Of a stretch of DNA of 64,000 bases, positions 1 through 12,362 are shown one piece after another. Every line of letters begins with the position of its first letter. Position 1 is the stretch's first letter. The notes below the pieces were generated by a model. That model did not search any database and was not told where the DNA came from. It was given only the letters and a program-made list of their open reading frames with translations. A program made the translations under genes and the position numbers. The stretch is from Kudoa neothunni (Eukaryota > Animalia > Cnidaria): positions 16,083,731 through 16,147,730 of the forward strand of contig OZ199838.1 of NCBI GenBank assembly GCA_964304625.1, written 5' to 3'.

Positions 1-675
1 CTGTGCGCAAATGTCGAACATTTATTCCACTTGAATTTTAATCAAATAACTCTCGGAAGATATTTTCATCCTTATTTGGTTTCTATAAGTCATTTATCCT
101 AATTTATTACATACAGAGGAAAAAACAAGACTGTAATAATTCTTTCTTCGGAGCATCGTATTCCAAATATTAGTTCAGAATACCATCGTAAACCAAAAGC
201 AATCTTGGATTATAATGTACAGAAATGTGGCGTTGACACTTTGGATCAATGTATTTCCATTTACACATGTAAAAGAAAATGTAGACGGTGGCCGTTCGCA
301 GTATTTTGTCAAATTCTTGATATAGCTGCGTTCAATGCATTTGTTGTAGTTATTCACGGCAATCCCCATTATTGTGACACAAACAAGTCAAATCGTCGCC
401 AACAATTTCTCATGGATTTGTCCATGTCATTATTTAAGCCCGAGCAGGAAAGAAGATATAAAATTACATTTGTTTCTAACCAGCCTGCTGTTAAATAAAC
501 AATGGAATAAGTTGGTTTCGAATTTAACAAAGAAAGTGATGCTGTTTTTGTCCCTACCAGTATTGTACGTTGAAGTCGAAGCAAGCAAGTCTGTCACTTA
601 TGTGATCGAAGTGTTTGTAATGAACATTCAAAGAAAAACATTATTTGTTTAAACTGTGACTCACAACAAAAATAA
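1..675 (+). pseudogene. piggyBac transposase relic (C-terminal half), 5'-truncated by the window edge
   Basis: Translation gives SSLFGF, KTVIILSSEH, and KPKAILDYNVQKCGVDTLDQ..YTCKRKCRRWPFAVFCQILDIAAFNA, which is the piggyBac DDD core. It ends in a Cys-rich tail CHLCDRSVCNEH..CLNC with TAA at 673-675. In-frame stops and frameshifts are present. A possible right end (AGAG|TTAA) lies near 984. Confidence 0.9.
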
Positions 676-1030
676 TTAAAACATATTTCTTGTCTGCGAT
701 TTTTTATTGAAAGCTACGTGAATATTTATAACGGTTGGAACATATGGTAGAAGTGAATTTAAAATAAATAATTATTAATTTTGCTAACCGACTTAATAGG
801 AATGTTGATTGACATACAAATAAATTAAAGCCGACAACGAATAAATACATCCTAATAATAGGAAACAATATAGTAACTCCTTCTAAGTTTTTTTGTTATG
901 CATAATACTAAAGTTTATCATGCTACCTTTAACTATTCTATTTTTGTTTATATATCATAATGTGACCTGCTAATAGTAGAAGAGTTAATTTTAAGATAAA
1001 ATTATAATACTGCGTTTGACGTAAGTTAAT

Positions 1031-1053
1031 CCCTGGGCTCCAGGAGCCCAGGG
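1031..1053. repeat. Perfect GC-rich palindrome, 11-bp arms with a 1-nt spacer
   Basis: CCCTGGGCTCC-A-GGAGCCCAGGG, preceded by TTAAT and followed by TTAG, in very AT-rich DNA downstream of the piggyBac relic. Confidence 0.85.
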
Positions 1054-3204
1054 TTAGTGTGCATTTGCCAGTGTTTCATCCATAGGAATGAAAATGATTC
1101 TACAATATTGATTATTAGATTTTTTAAATTGATATAATTCAAAAAAAATGTGGTGTAAAATTTACCCCAAAATCCGCCACACGTTCGTAGCATTTTTGGG
1201 ATCATTAGAGCAATGTTTCTCTACACGGGAAGCGGGAGTCATTCTAGAATAAATTTAAAAATTAATCTTAATATATACATTTCATAATTTTCGTTAGTCC
1301 CCGTTAAATCATGCAAGGACGTCACGCACGTAATAATATTATAGGTTGTTTTGTCAGCAATTTGTTTCTATTCAAAAAATGAGATCTAAAAATTTATTTA
1401 CTTAATTCTACGAAACGGGGAAAAGCAATAGTTTATATTAAGTGTATCACTCACCATTTTCATGTAAAATCGTAACTATGTTGTCCTTTAAAGAAACAAA
1501 TTTTTATGTTTATATTTATATTATGATTAGGTTGTCGGCATTTATATATATATATATATATATATCTAAATAATCTGTATTCTTTAAAATAAAACTACAA
1601 TGATGTTTAAAAATTTTTTCCTTCTAAATTTGAGCTCCATCATTAAATTGAATATTATTTATTATGTTACATTTTAAGTTTAATTCTCGAGTTTGTACCT
1701 GGCTTCTAATATGAATTTTAACTAAATTGTCTTTAAAAATGTTGGCAAAACAAAAATCAGAGCATTCATTTATACACTTAAATAAATGAATGTCAATTTT
1801 AATACATAAATTAGTTCTAATAATTTAGGTACTTTAAGAAGGCATCTGTTTTGAATTTTTCTGATCCCATTGCCACAATTTTTAGATTAAAATCATACTC
1901 AATACAGAATATTTAATTCGCTAGGTTTTGCACACAATATGGTATATAATATATGAGTCAGGCTTATCGACGTTACTGTATGCAAATAAAAAGTATCGAA
2001 ATTCCTTGAACCACAAAACGATGTACAAGTATAATTTCCCAGTAATGTTCTACACATCGAAGTACTGATCAATTAACCATTAAATAACATTTTGTGAACT
2101 ATATGGATTGGTTATAATTATTTGGCATAATTAATAAATTGCTCCTTTAAGTACAGAACATAATCCAGTGACTATAATTTTTATTAATATAATCCAATAT
2201 TAAATATATATAAATTTGTAGTTTCTAATATTTCGAAATAAAAAAACAATTCCAATTAAAAATGTTATTATAATTATTTTACAAAAAATGGTATGTTCAA
2301 TTAAGAATAAATAATACATTCAATCGATTAGTGTTAAATGTTAAGAGTTACGAAGCAGAAAAAGATATTTTTTAAATTATTCATAAAATTATCAAATTTA
2401 AATATCATTAAAAAAAATGAAAAGTATAATTCAAAAACGTTTTATAAAATTATTATTTTCGCATGGAAAATAGCAGGTATTTTACGAGTGTAAAATATGT
2501 AGGGAAACTCTACATTAGAAGCTTAATTATTTTGTATTAATTATTTTTAGTCAGACACATGCAAATGCTCCTAAGTTTAGTTTATAGTTTATTGTTTATA
2601 AGACGAGTAATAATTTATTCCTGCTTCTAAAATTATGTAAATCAACTTATGCATATTTACACACACAGTAAGCTACTATTTATCTAATTCTGGATTATGT
2701 GACGTCATCTCTACTCATGTATCATTCGTTTAATGTTACATTTAAACACTTAATGCCTATTAGTTATTGTTAAGTAATTAGTATTGGATTTGTTATTTGC
2801 GCAATGTCTAGTTTTGGCGCAGATCCAGGCAAGCTCACAGTTTATAAATTATATTGTATCACAAAGAGCCTGATAAATATTTCGTAAGTTAAAAATTAAA
2901 ATTACTCGAATAAAAGAAACTTTCAAAATATATAGAAACAAGAGTACATAGCATAGTTGGTTAAAATAATTAGAATAAGACAGAGGTGGGTGGGGGTTAC
3001 ATACTTAGATACGCGCGCGCAGCAATGATTCATCAACTCGAATTTTTTTTTCAGAATACGTTCTCAAATAAATAATCACTCAAAAAAATCATAAAAAATT
3101 CATTCAAAAATATTTTTGAACTAGAAAACACAAAACTATTTGTAGAGTGTTCACAATAAGACGCGCGCACCTGTGGATTTACCTTAACATCAACTACCCG
3201 AAGA

Positions 3205-6200
3205 ATGTCCTCTGAATTTAATTGCTTGTTGTCACAGAAAAGTGATAAAATGCAGTTAAACTATTAGAATAAAATAAACTAAAATTAGATGCCATCAAAT
3301 CAATGATTGATTTTCATCAGATGGAAAATGTAGAAGATAATTTTCTTCCAAAAGAACCCGATTGGAAGGTGGATTTTTAATCACGCTTTATAACCTACTA
3401 AATCACTTAAAGGTTCTTCTGTACGATTGTGTTGGGGCGAATATAATTTTTCTACTGTTTACTGTGAAAGAATTACGAAATCTTGGTGTGACTCTGCTTC
3501 TGTACGTTCACATATATACACTGAATGCATTCTCTCGGATTAAACCACAAAAATATGTTCTCTCTTTAGACCGATTACCCACACCGACCGAACACAAATT
3601 CCCGAAACCAATGTGATTTATTTTGTCTCCAACACCAAAGAGAATATCGATCTTATTGGGGGTGATATGAGGAAGAATCTATACGATTTTTATTATATCT
3701 GTTTTGTTGGTAACAATTCTATTTCTCATATGGAATTGTTGGCTGAGTATGCGTTGCAGTACGACGCTTCGATGAAGATTTCAATGGTAAATACAACCTG
3801 TTCCCACCCCACACATACATACACATACACACACACACACCGTATCGTAAATTATACTATACTGATAGGTGTACGACGAGTATGTGAATTATTTGTCGTT
3901 GGAGAGCAACTATTTCGTCACATCTCACTCTCACCTGAAGAGTGATCATTTGTTGGGTATTATTGGAGTGTGGCATTAGTTTTTAGTAATCAATGTGATT
4001 TAATTGGATAGCTATCAACAACCCCACCACATCCGAACAAACAATGGAAGGTTTGTGTAATTCGATGGTGGAATCGTTGCTAAGTGTTCTCATTTCGTTA
4101 AGTATTTATGCGCATGTGCTACAAAATTTGTATTATTGGCGCATTCATTTAAATTATCGAAGCTGGTTGCGTGCGCATTAAACACCCCTTAAAAATTGGA
4201 CCCTTAAGAGTTTAACAACCCACAGAATTTGAACAGTCTAAATTTTAAGAGTTATAATTTATAGTCAACTCTTGTACAGTTGACTATTAGGTTATTACTG
4301 TTTATAATACAATTAGACGCATTTAATCACCAATAAAATATTCGATTTCACTATTTTTAATTTCTTCGCATTCAAAATGAAATATGATCCATCATCCGTT
4401 TAGATACGATACCAATTATACGCTCACAGAAAAACAATGCTGCCGAAATGGTCGCTACAGTAAGGATTTTATTATAAATTTAAAATTAAACAATTCAATT
4501 AAAATTTTAAGAAATTAAATCAACGAATTAGAGATATTTTGAAAGATGGTAAAAGTTTATTCGCTTGGAATCCATCACGAGTTAAATCGACTTCTGCCGT
4601 AAGGTAAGACTTTGTTTGTCGTTCCACTATTCGACCTCATACCGCTTAGTTATCAACGACCTCTGCTGCTAATCATTGATCGTGGCATTGACGTGGCTAC
4701 ACCACTTCGTCATTCTTGGACCTATCAAGCGTTACTTCACGATTTATGTGTATTGCCAATGCTAACTGAATATTAATTTTAATATTTAAAAAATAATCTT
4801 TATAATCGGTGGATTATAATTGTAATTAAACCCTTTCTGCTCATTCCATTCTCGGTATTTTATCTGTCCATTTGATAATAAATAATTTATATTTTTAATA
4901 ATTTATATTTAAATAGTTAATATTTTAAAATAATTTATATTTTTAATCGTTAATATTTTAAAATAATTTATATTTTTAATAGTTAATATTTTAAAATAAT
5001 TTATATTTTTAATAATTTATATTTTTAACAATTTATATTTTTAATAGTTAATATTTTTAAATAATTTATATTTTAAAATAATTTATATTTTTAATAGTTA
5101 ATATTTTAAAATAATTTATATTTTTAATAGTTAATATTTTAAAATAATTTATATTTTTAATAGTTAATATTTTAAAATAATTTATATTTTTAATAGTTAA
5201 TATTTTAAAATAATTTATACTTTAATAATTTATATTTTTAAATAATTTATATTTTAAATAATTTATATTTTAATAATTTATATTTTAAAATAATTTATAT
5301 TTTTAATAGTTAATATTTTAAAATAATTTATATTTTTAATAGTTAATATTTTAAAATAATTTATACTTTAATAATTTATATTTTTAAATAATTTATATTT
5401 TAAATAATTTATATTTTTAATAGTTAATATGTATCGTTTATTATTAAGGAAATATCATTTGTTATGATTTTTGTAATTAATAAAATTGACGTATGCAAGG
5501 ATTAACCTCCTAAAAATTACACTGGCGCGGATTGAGGTCTTTTTGGACCCCAGAATTTTCTAAGCATTTTCTAAGCATTTTTAAGCATTATATCTATATT
5601 TTTGGAGGTAAGATGCACCTACTGAAAACTATAAAGTATGTTAACATTAAAAATGTATTTTAAGTGGAATTTAGTAATCTAGTGAATTTTGATAATTCAC
5701 TAGGAAAATGTGTAAAATTAAAAGCGTTATATATTACTAATTTATCCGCGCGTGACTGTAGTTATATAAACTTTTTAATTGAATTTAAGTGAAAATAATT
5801 GGTTATTTTTATTTGAGAGAAATTTTTCGATAATATTCTTAATATATTTTATTTCGCGATTGCGATTGCGATTATGGTCAATAATTCTTTTAGTTAAAAT
5901 TAGAATGCATTTTTCATCCAGATAAATAAACGAAGTTCGAAAAATGCTTTATTTTTTTAATCATTTTAAGAAATTTAACTTCAGTTTTCTAATTGGCCAT
6001 TAAGGTTGAATATGGAATATATGTTATAGTACTTTTTAACAACATATTTGGTGATTGTTTGAGATAAACCGCAGACCTAATGTATTATCTTATATTTTTG
6101 TTTAATTTGTTTAACTATTAAACTTAATTAATCAATTTCTCACTTAAATATGCTAACGAATATGCCAAAAGTGTGCTTGTCACGTGACCAACATTGTGGA

Positions 6201-9200
6201 AATTCTACAGTCATCTTGTATTAGTTGGATCTAAATTTATTAATGAATATGTTAAAATAATATTTTTATCTATTTTTAATGAAGATTGACACTTATGTTT
6301 TCGCGTTGCACATTTAAATTGTATAATTTTATTTAGATTTGATGTATAAATTATATATTTAAAAACTGCTGTAGTTAATTGTGATCATTTTGAATGTACT
6401 TTTTTTAAATAGAATGAGTGTGAAAGGTTTTTAATCGAAACTTTTAACCAATCGATTTACCTTGAAAAATTTTTTTGCAAACTTTACACTCATCTTAATA
6501 GAGGATCGATATGAATCAGCTTAAGGTGACAGATTCCGATTCCGACTCAGGAAATAAAACCACCAAAAAATACAGTCTCTCCCATAATGACAAATTTTGG
6601 GAGACTCACAGAAATGAGTAAAATTGCCTTATGGTTTCATGAAATTACGTTTCTTTTTGGTCCAGTTCTTTCCCCAACATTGCCGATGCTATGCAAGATG
6701 AAATCAACGATTATAAAGCCGCGGAATCTCGATTGAAAGGCCTTAAAAATAACCAGGTAATTATTTCGTGTAGATAATATTGATACATTTATTGTTGAAG
6801 AATTCAACAATCACTAATAATAATAACTCGCTTTCTGAGACGTATGATGATGTTGTGCAACAAAACACCCAAAAATTAAGTTCCGCTATCAAGTATTTTT
6901 TTCCTTTTTTTTAGATTGTTCTCTTTTAATGTATAATCATCGATTTCATTCACATATGTTGTTTTATTAGCGACGAGAGAGATATAAAACTACATTTAAT
7001 AATCAATGCTTTTTATTAACTACTTTTAATATAGTTTTTTCTCATATTTTAAATATTTGATTTTTATATAAATGGGAAAAATATTAATTAACAATTTATC
7101 TATGAAAATTCTTATATTCAAAAAAGTGAGTTGTTTTGTTAAACAATCGGTATTTTATTGATTTGTTTATGTTAAGAAAAAATATTTTTATAATTTTTCC
7201 GCTATATGTATAAATGTACAAATTTCGAGAGTGTACATTTTCTGTCGAATCAATGTTTGGATAATATTTGGAGATTTTAGACGTTCTACGAAAGATTTTA
7301 TCTTGTATTCTATTAATTTAGACTATTGAGATCGCTCTAGTGATTCTTTTCTTTGTAATTACATTTAGAAATACCACTAATAAATATTATTATAACTTTT
7401 GTTTAACTATCTACATATAGAAGTGTTGAATTACTTTCACATAGTTTAATCCTATCATCATAGAAAATATACTCTAATTTTTTTTTTAAATTTAATCCAC
7501 TTAAGATTTTCTCCTTTATTTGACTTATTCTCTAATTAATAACAAATCAAAATAGAAGGTAAATAATAACGGCTGTGTGTATTTTTGAACTTTTTAATAC
7601 CACCTAAAATAATTATAATTGATTAAACTGAATTTAGAGAAATCTCCAAATAGGGTATATGGGTTTAGTTTTCATGAAATGTGATATTTAATTTATGGTT
7701 CAACTATTTTACTCGATTAAATATTTCATATGATCTATTTTTTTAAACTTCGTCCTATATACAGATACAGATACCTTCCAGATTCCAAGAAAACAAATCA
7801 CTTTTTATCCATACCTTTGTTTTTTTTATATCCATATTCATTATTATTAAATATTAAACTTATGGGATGTTAAATAGCAGAGTTTTACTTCATCAACAAG
7901 CAAATTATACTATATTCCATTGTTATTTTAAATTTATAAGCAATATTTGAGTTTAATTTGGTCTGTTATTGATAATTAAAACAGCGAAAAATGAAAAATG
8001 TTCACCTAGGAAACCATTTAAATTTAATGTGATGGCGTCGTTGTTTTTTCTTATTTTAATTCTAATTTTCTTAAAATTCCCAATAATTCTAACTTCAAGT
8101 TAAACTACTTTTCATTTAACATTTTAACGTATGCAGTGTTACTAATAAAATGCATAAAAGTGGGTACGTAGCGTGAATATTTTAAATTTATTTAAATACC
8201 CTTCTCGCCTTTTGCAAATGCGGAAATGTTGACAAGGATTAATGTCTCCGTTATTTTTTGGCTTTAATATTTTAATTTTTAACTCCTGTTTTATTAATAA
8301 CAATTCATAACTTGGTTATACGCCTTTTTTTTAATTGAAAATAGTAAAATAAATTAATACATCAATTTTGATATGTTTTTTCATTGCTTTTAATTGAATT
8401 GTGTTTAGTTGTTTGCCAGAACTGATCAATCGAAAAAAATTTGTTGATATGCATACCACATTGGCCTCCCACCTCTTAGATTTGATTAAAGTGGTTTCGT
8501 AATGTATTTTTTATTTATCACATTTCTCCAACTAGGAGCGGAAACTCGATAAATATTACGAAATCGAACAAAAAATAGTCACCGATATGATAACTGTAAC
8601 TTATATATATATATATATATATACGATTTATACGCCCTTTTAATTTTTTTGATAAAAGGATCAAAGTATGATTTCTTTCTTATCAGAAAAAAGTATTTTC
8701 ATTTTTATGTGAATCTTTGTAAATTACAACAACTATAATTTGTGTCGTTCATGTTAGATGGAACCACGGAAGATCGACTTCGTTGTCTTCTTATCAAGTT
8801 ATTGAATTGTAGCGATGATGATTATAACGTATGCTCACTACCTCACCTATCGTAGTTATTAATCGAATCAATAAAATTAATATAGACATTTTGTGACCTT
8901 ATCAAAAATTCACCATCATTAGAAGAGGACTTCAATGAATGCATCACATTCACTCAAAAATGGAAGTACATTAATTTTTTTGCGTTGCATAAGATTTTGT
9001 GTGAATATAGGAAAATAAATAAAATTATCTCTGGACATGATATGCAACCATATAGTAGTCACTCGTACAATAGTAAAGAAATGGGCTCTTTTTCATCTAA
9101 CACCTTACAACAAGGCGCTACGCATTATAGGTAATACTTTGTTAGATGTTAAATTTTTATTGTGTTTATTGACAGCCAACTCTTATCCAAATATATTCCA

Positions 9201-9783
9201 ACAAGCTCTAAAAAACTTGTGAAAGGTGTTAAAAATCTGGTACTCGGTTCCAAGGTATTTTGTCTATAAAATGTTTCGATTTTATTCATTGGTGTTTAAT
9301 CTTATAGGCTTTACCACTCACTAATGTGGTCGCCTCTTTGATGGACCAAAAGCAAAATAATGTAATTTATTTTTGTCTAAATGCAATGACTGGAGTTTTC
9401 CTATTTATAGGAGCAATCCAATTTCACTTATTTTGACCCCAAACTTATTTCTCACCATAACAACTTTTCTAACAATGACAATAAAAAAACCTCATTCAAC
9501 TATGTAACTACTCCACTGCACTCATATCTTCTTATTATTTCATCTGCTTACATTTCGTTATATTTTAGGCTATTGTATTTGTAGTTGGTGGAGGATGTTA
9601 CTTTGAATATCTCGATCTAATTGAAGAAGTGGAAAACAAATCCTCTCTGAATGATCCCAAAAAAATCATTTATGGCTGTTCAGAACAACTCACACCTGAA
9701 AATTTCCTTAGACAAGTATTTTAACTAAATTACTAATTCTGTTTATCATTATTTAGCTTATTAAACTATCAACGATTTTGTAG
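3205..9783 (+). CDS. SCFD1: Sec1/Munc18 family protein Sly1 (multi-exon gene span)
   Basis: Spliced exons give MSSEF..QKNAIKSMIDF..EPDWK|VLLYDCVG..TVKELRNLGVTL, IYFVSNTKENID, QRPLLLIIDRGIDVATPLRHSWTYQALLHD, KKFVDMHTTLASHLLDLIK, FTYFDPKL and AIVFVVGGGCYFEY..IIYGCSEQLTPENFLRQ|LIKLSTIL*. Introns are GT-AG. Confidence 0.93.
4875..5430. repeat. AT-rich minisatellite, about 33-bp unit built from 16-17-bp subunits, inside a Sly1 intron
   Basis: Tandem copies of AATAATTTATATTTTTAATAGTTAATATTTTAA and of its half-units. Confidence 0.9.
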
Positions 9784-10693
9784 TTGATTTATATGATTGT
9801 TTGAGGATAGTGTTTTTGTTTAACTTTAATTATGTTTGTATTTTTTGTCTCATTTATTTCATCCAACGATTATAGTGATACATTTTTATTGATTACTCAT
9901 TGTCATGACCCTCATTAACTCCATTATCTCCTTCATTTGCAAATATTTTTGCTTTTTGTTTTATATGATGTATAGTTATGCTAATAAACTCGGATTATTG
10001 CATTTTCTACCCCTAGCTTGTTTACATTTTTTCCTGAAAGTGCATTTGGCAAACTTATGACGGAGAGCGGATTTGATTCAATTTAATATATTTTTCTATT
10101 ATTTTTAAATAATAATTGTTTTATAAAACATAATCTTTCGCTAATTTTGTAATATTAATATTATATAGGTACAAAATATGTATATATTCCATTTAAAAGT
10201 CATTTATATGTGGGTAAAAATATTGTATAATTATGTGAATAATTAAAAAAAATTAATTTAAAGTTTTTTGAATATATTTATAAAATCAACTTTGTGGTAA
10301 TAGCCCATATGAGATATTGCTAATCGTTTAAAAATTGCCTTAAAATAAAAATAAAGTTTTTTAATAAATTCGAAATCCATTCAATTTTTAAGTAAAATTA
10401 AATAATTGTTCCGGGGATTTCAATACCACAAATTATATTCTTAAATTATTGAGGTTTTGGGGAGTGAATTGATCAGAAACTGCTAAAAAATAAAAAAATA
10501 CGAGGATAGAAATGTTTTACTTTACTGATTTGTTAATAATAAAGCATATAATATTTAAAATATAACCCTATTTTAAATTTTTGGATGTAACTTTTCTATC
10601 AATAAACATTTCAATCTTACTATGGGTGGGATTACTTGTATTTTATATTGGTGAGTCATCTAAATCCTTGTTCCTCGCCTCAATAATATTATA

Positions 10694-12017
10694 CAGTATT
10701 TCACGACCAAGATGCAAACCTGGCGCATATCTACTAATTGTTAAACTTTCTTTTAAAAATGTCAACTAAAATTTAAAAAAAGTTATGTAACGCTGAAATT
10801 GAAATAACAGATGTTATAAATTCTAATTATATATATTTTTTATTTCTAATTGTTAATTTCTTGTCTGTAAAAGCAAACCGAGAAATAAGATTTTAAATGC
10901 TTCACATAATATATAATTCGCAAAAATTCACACAATTCGCTTCTGTTATTTCTTCTGGGGTTTTTCAGATCACTCGAATAGCTCTGAATGTGTTTTGGGC
11001 CCCTTCCGTTGCACATTGGATTTAAGCTGGCCAAATACCTCCTCAATTGGATTGAGGAATGACGAATAGGGCGGTAACAACAACAACAACTTATGGTGTC
11101 GTTCTCAATCAATGCCTTTACGTTTTCAGTTTTGTGGAATGCGACGTTATCCATCATTAAAAAGGCTTTTTTATTGAATTTGCTTCCAAATTTCCGAAAT
11201 GATCCGTTAAGAATGAGGGAAAAAACAAATTGGTTCACACCGCTTGTGTGAATTTAAATCCCCAAATCTTTTTACTGCTCATCGCTAATAATAACGTAAT
11301 ATTTTGGGATCTCAGATTTCACTTTTATATTTGCTCTAATAACCGTAAGTAATCTGTCTTGAGAACGTCGAGTTGACAGAGAAATCCCAGATTCATCAAT
11401 AAACAGAATTTCAGAATATTCTAGTTTCAGAAGGATGTATTCGTTCACATAACTAAGAAAATTATAAGACCGTTATAAAAATTAATTTTATACTTGTATC
11501 TTAACTCTCAATGAAATAGTTCGAAGGGAATTCTTGTTCACTGTCATTAATGGTATTTTTCAGGTTATAATAAAATTCATTCAGACCCCAGAAGACGGTT
11601 TGTAGAGAAACCCGATTGGAGTATTACATAATGATCTTTTCAGCTAATTGTTTAAGGGGTAGCGTATAATTGTCACCCATCTCATTATGAATAAATTGTT
11701 TTTGATCAGCGTTCAATCATCTTGTTGTCAATTCCATTTATCGTAGATTCGTGAATTCCCATGTACTTACTCAGATATTTGACGGTTAATCTTTCCATTC
11801 TGATTGGCTTTAGAAATTATATCAAGATATGAATACTTGGAGTTATTGTAAGATCTTTTCCCTATCTCTCTTATTTACAATTTTGTATTTTCGTTTGATT
11901 TTATTCATAATTTCTAGTTAAACGGTAGTATCTGGGTCTAAATTCTTAAAAACTGACTAGCGATCGCCATGTTTTCATCTTGATTGGGAAAGTTTGTATC
12001 TTGGTCGTGAAGTACTG
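10694..12017 (-). mobile_element. Full-length, decayed Tc1/IS630-like (ITm) DNA transposon
   Basis: 26-bp TIRs (CAGTATTTCACGACCAAGATGCAAAC versus reverse-complement CAGTACTTCACGACCAAGATACAAAC, 2 mismatches) with TA on both sides. Minus-strand motifs LFIDESG, NITLLLAMS, MMDNVAFHK and LPPYSSFLNPIEEVFG form the D-D-E triad, broken by frameshifts. Confidence 0.92.
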
Positions 12018-12362
12018 TATAAAAATTGAAAAATTTCCGTGATTAAAATCCCAAATGGTTTAATTATTATATCTATTTTTGAATGTTTATAAGAAATTTT
12101 TCAAAGCAAAATCATCTCAAGCCTGGGCGAAATTGATTGGATCGCGCTCACTCTAAATATCCTGTAAAGCACAGAGATATCATACCAATGTTGAAAAGTA
12201 CCGCTAAATTAACATACAATATTTCCTTCGAAATATAAATAGCCAACAAGCAATCAGAAGAGAAATCTAATTCATTTGCAGAAAAAATAAACAATGTTGC
12301 TCATTACAGGGACATAAAATTGCAAAATTTATTTATTTTCATAAATTGTTGGCATGTTTTTT

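Noticed and set aside
4875-5430. 33-bp periodic array as a CRISPR-like locus
   Set aside because: There are no unique spacers and no cas genes. It is an AT-only tandem repeat in a eukaryotic intron.
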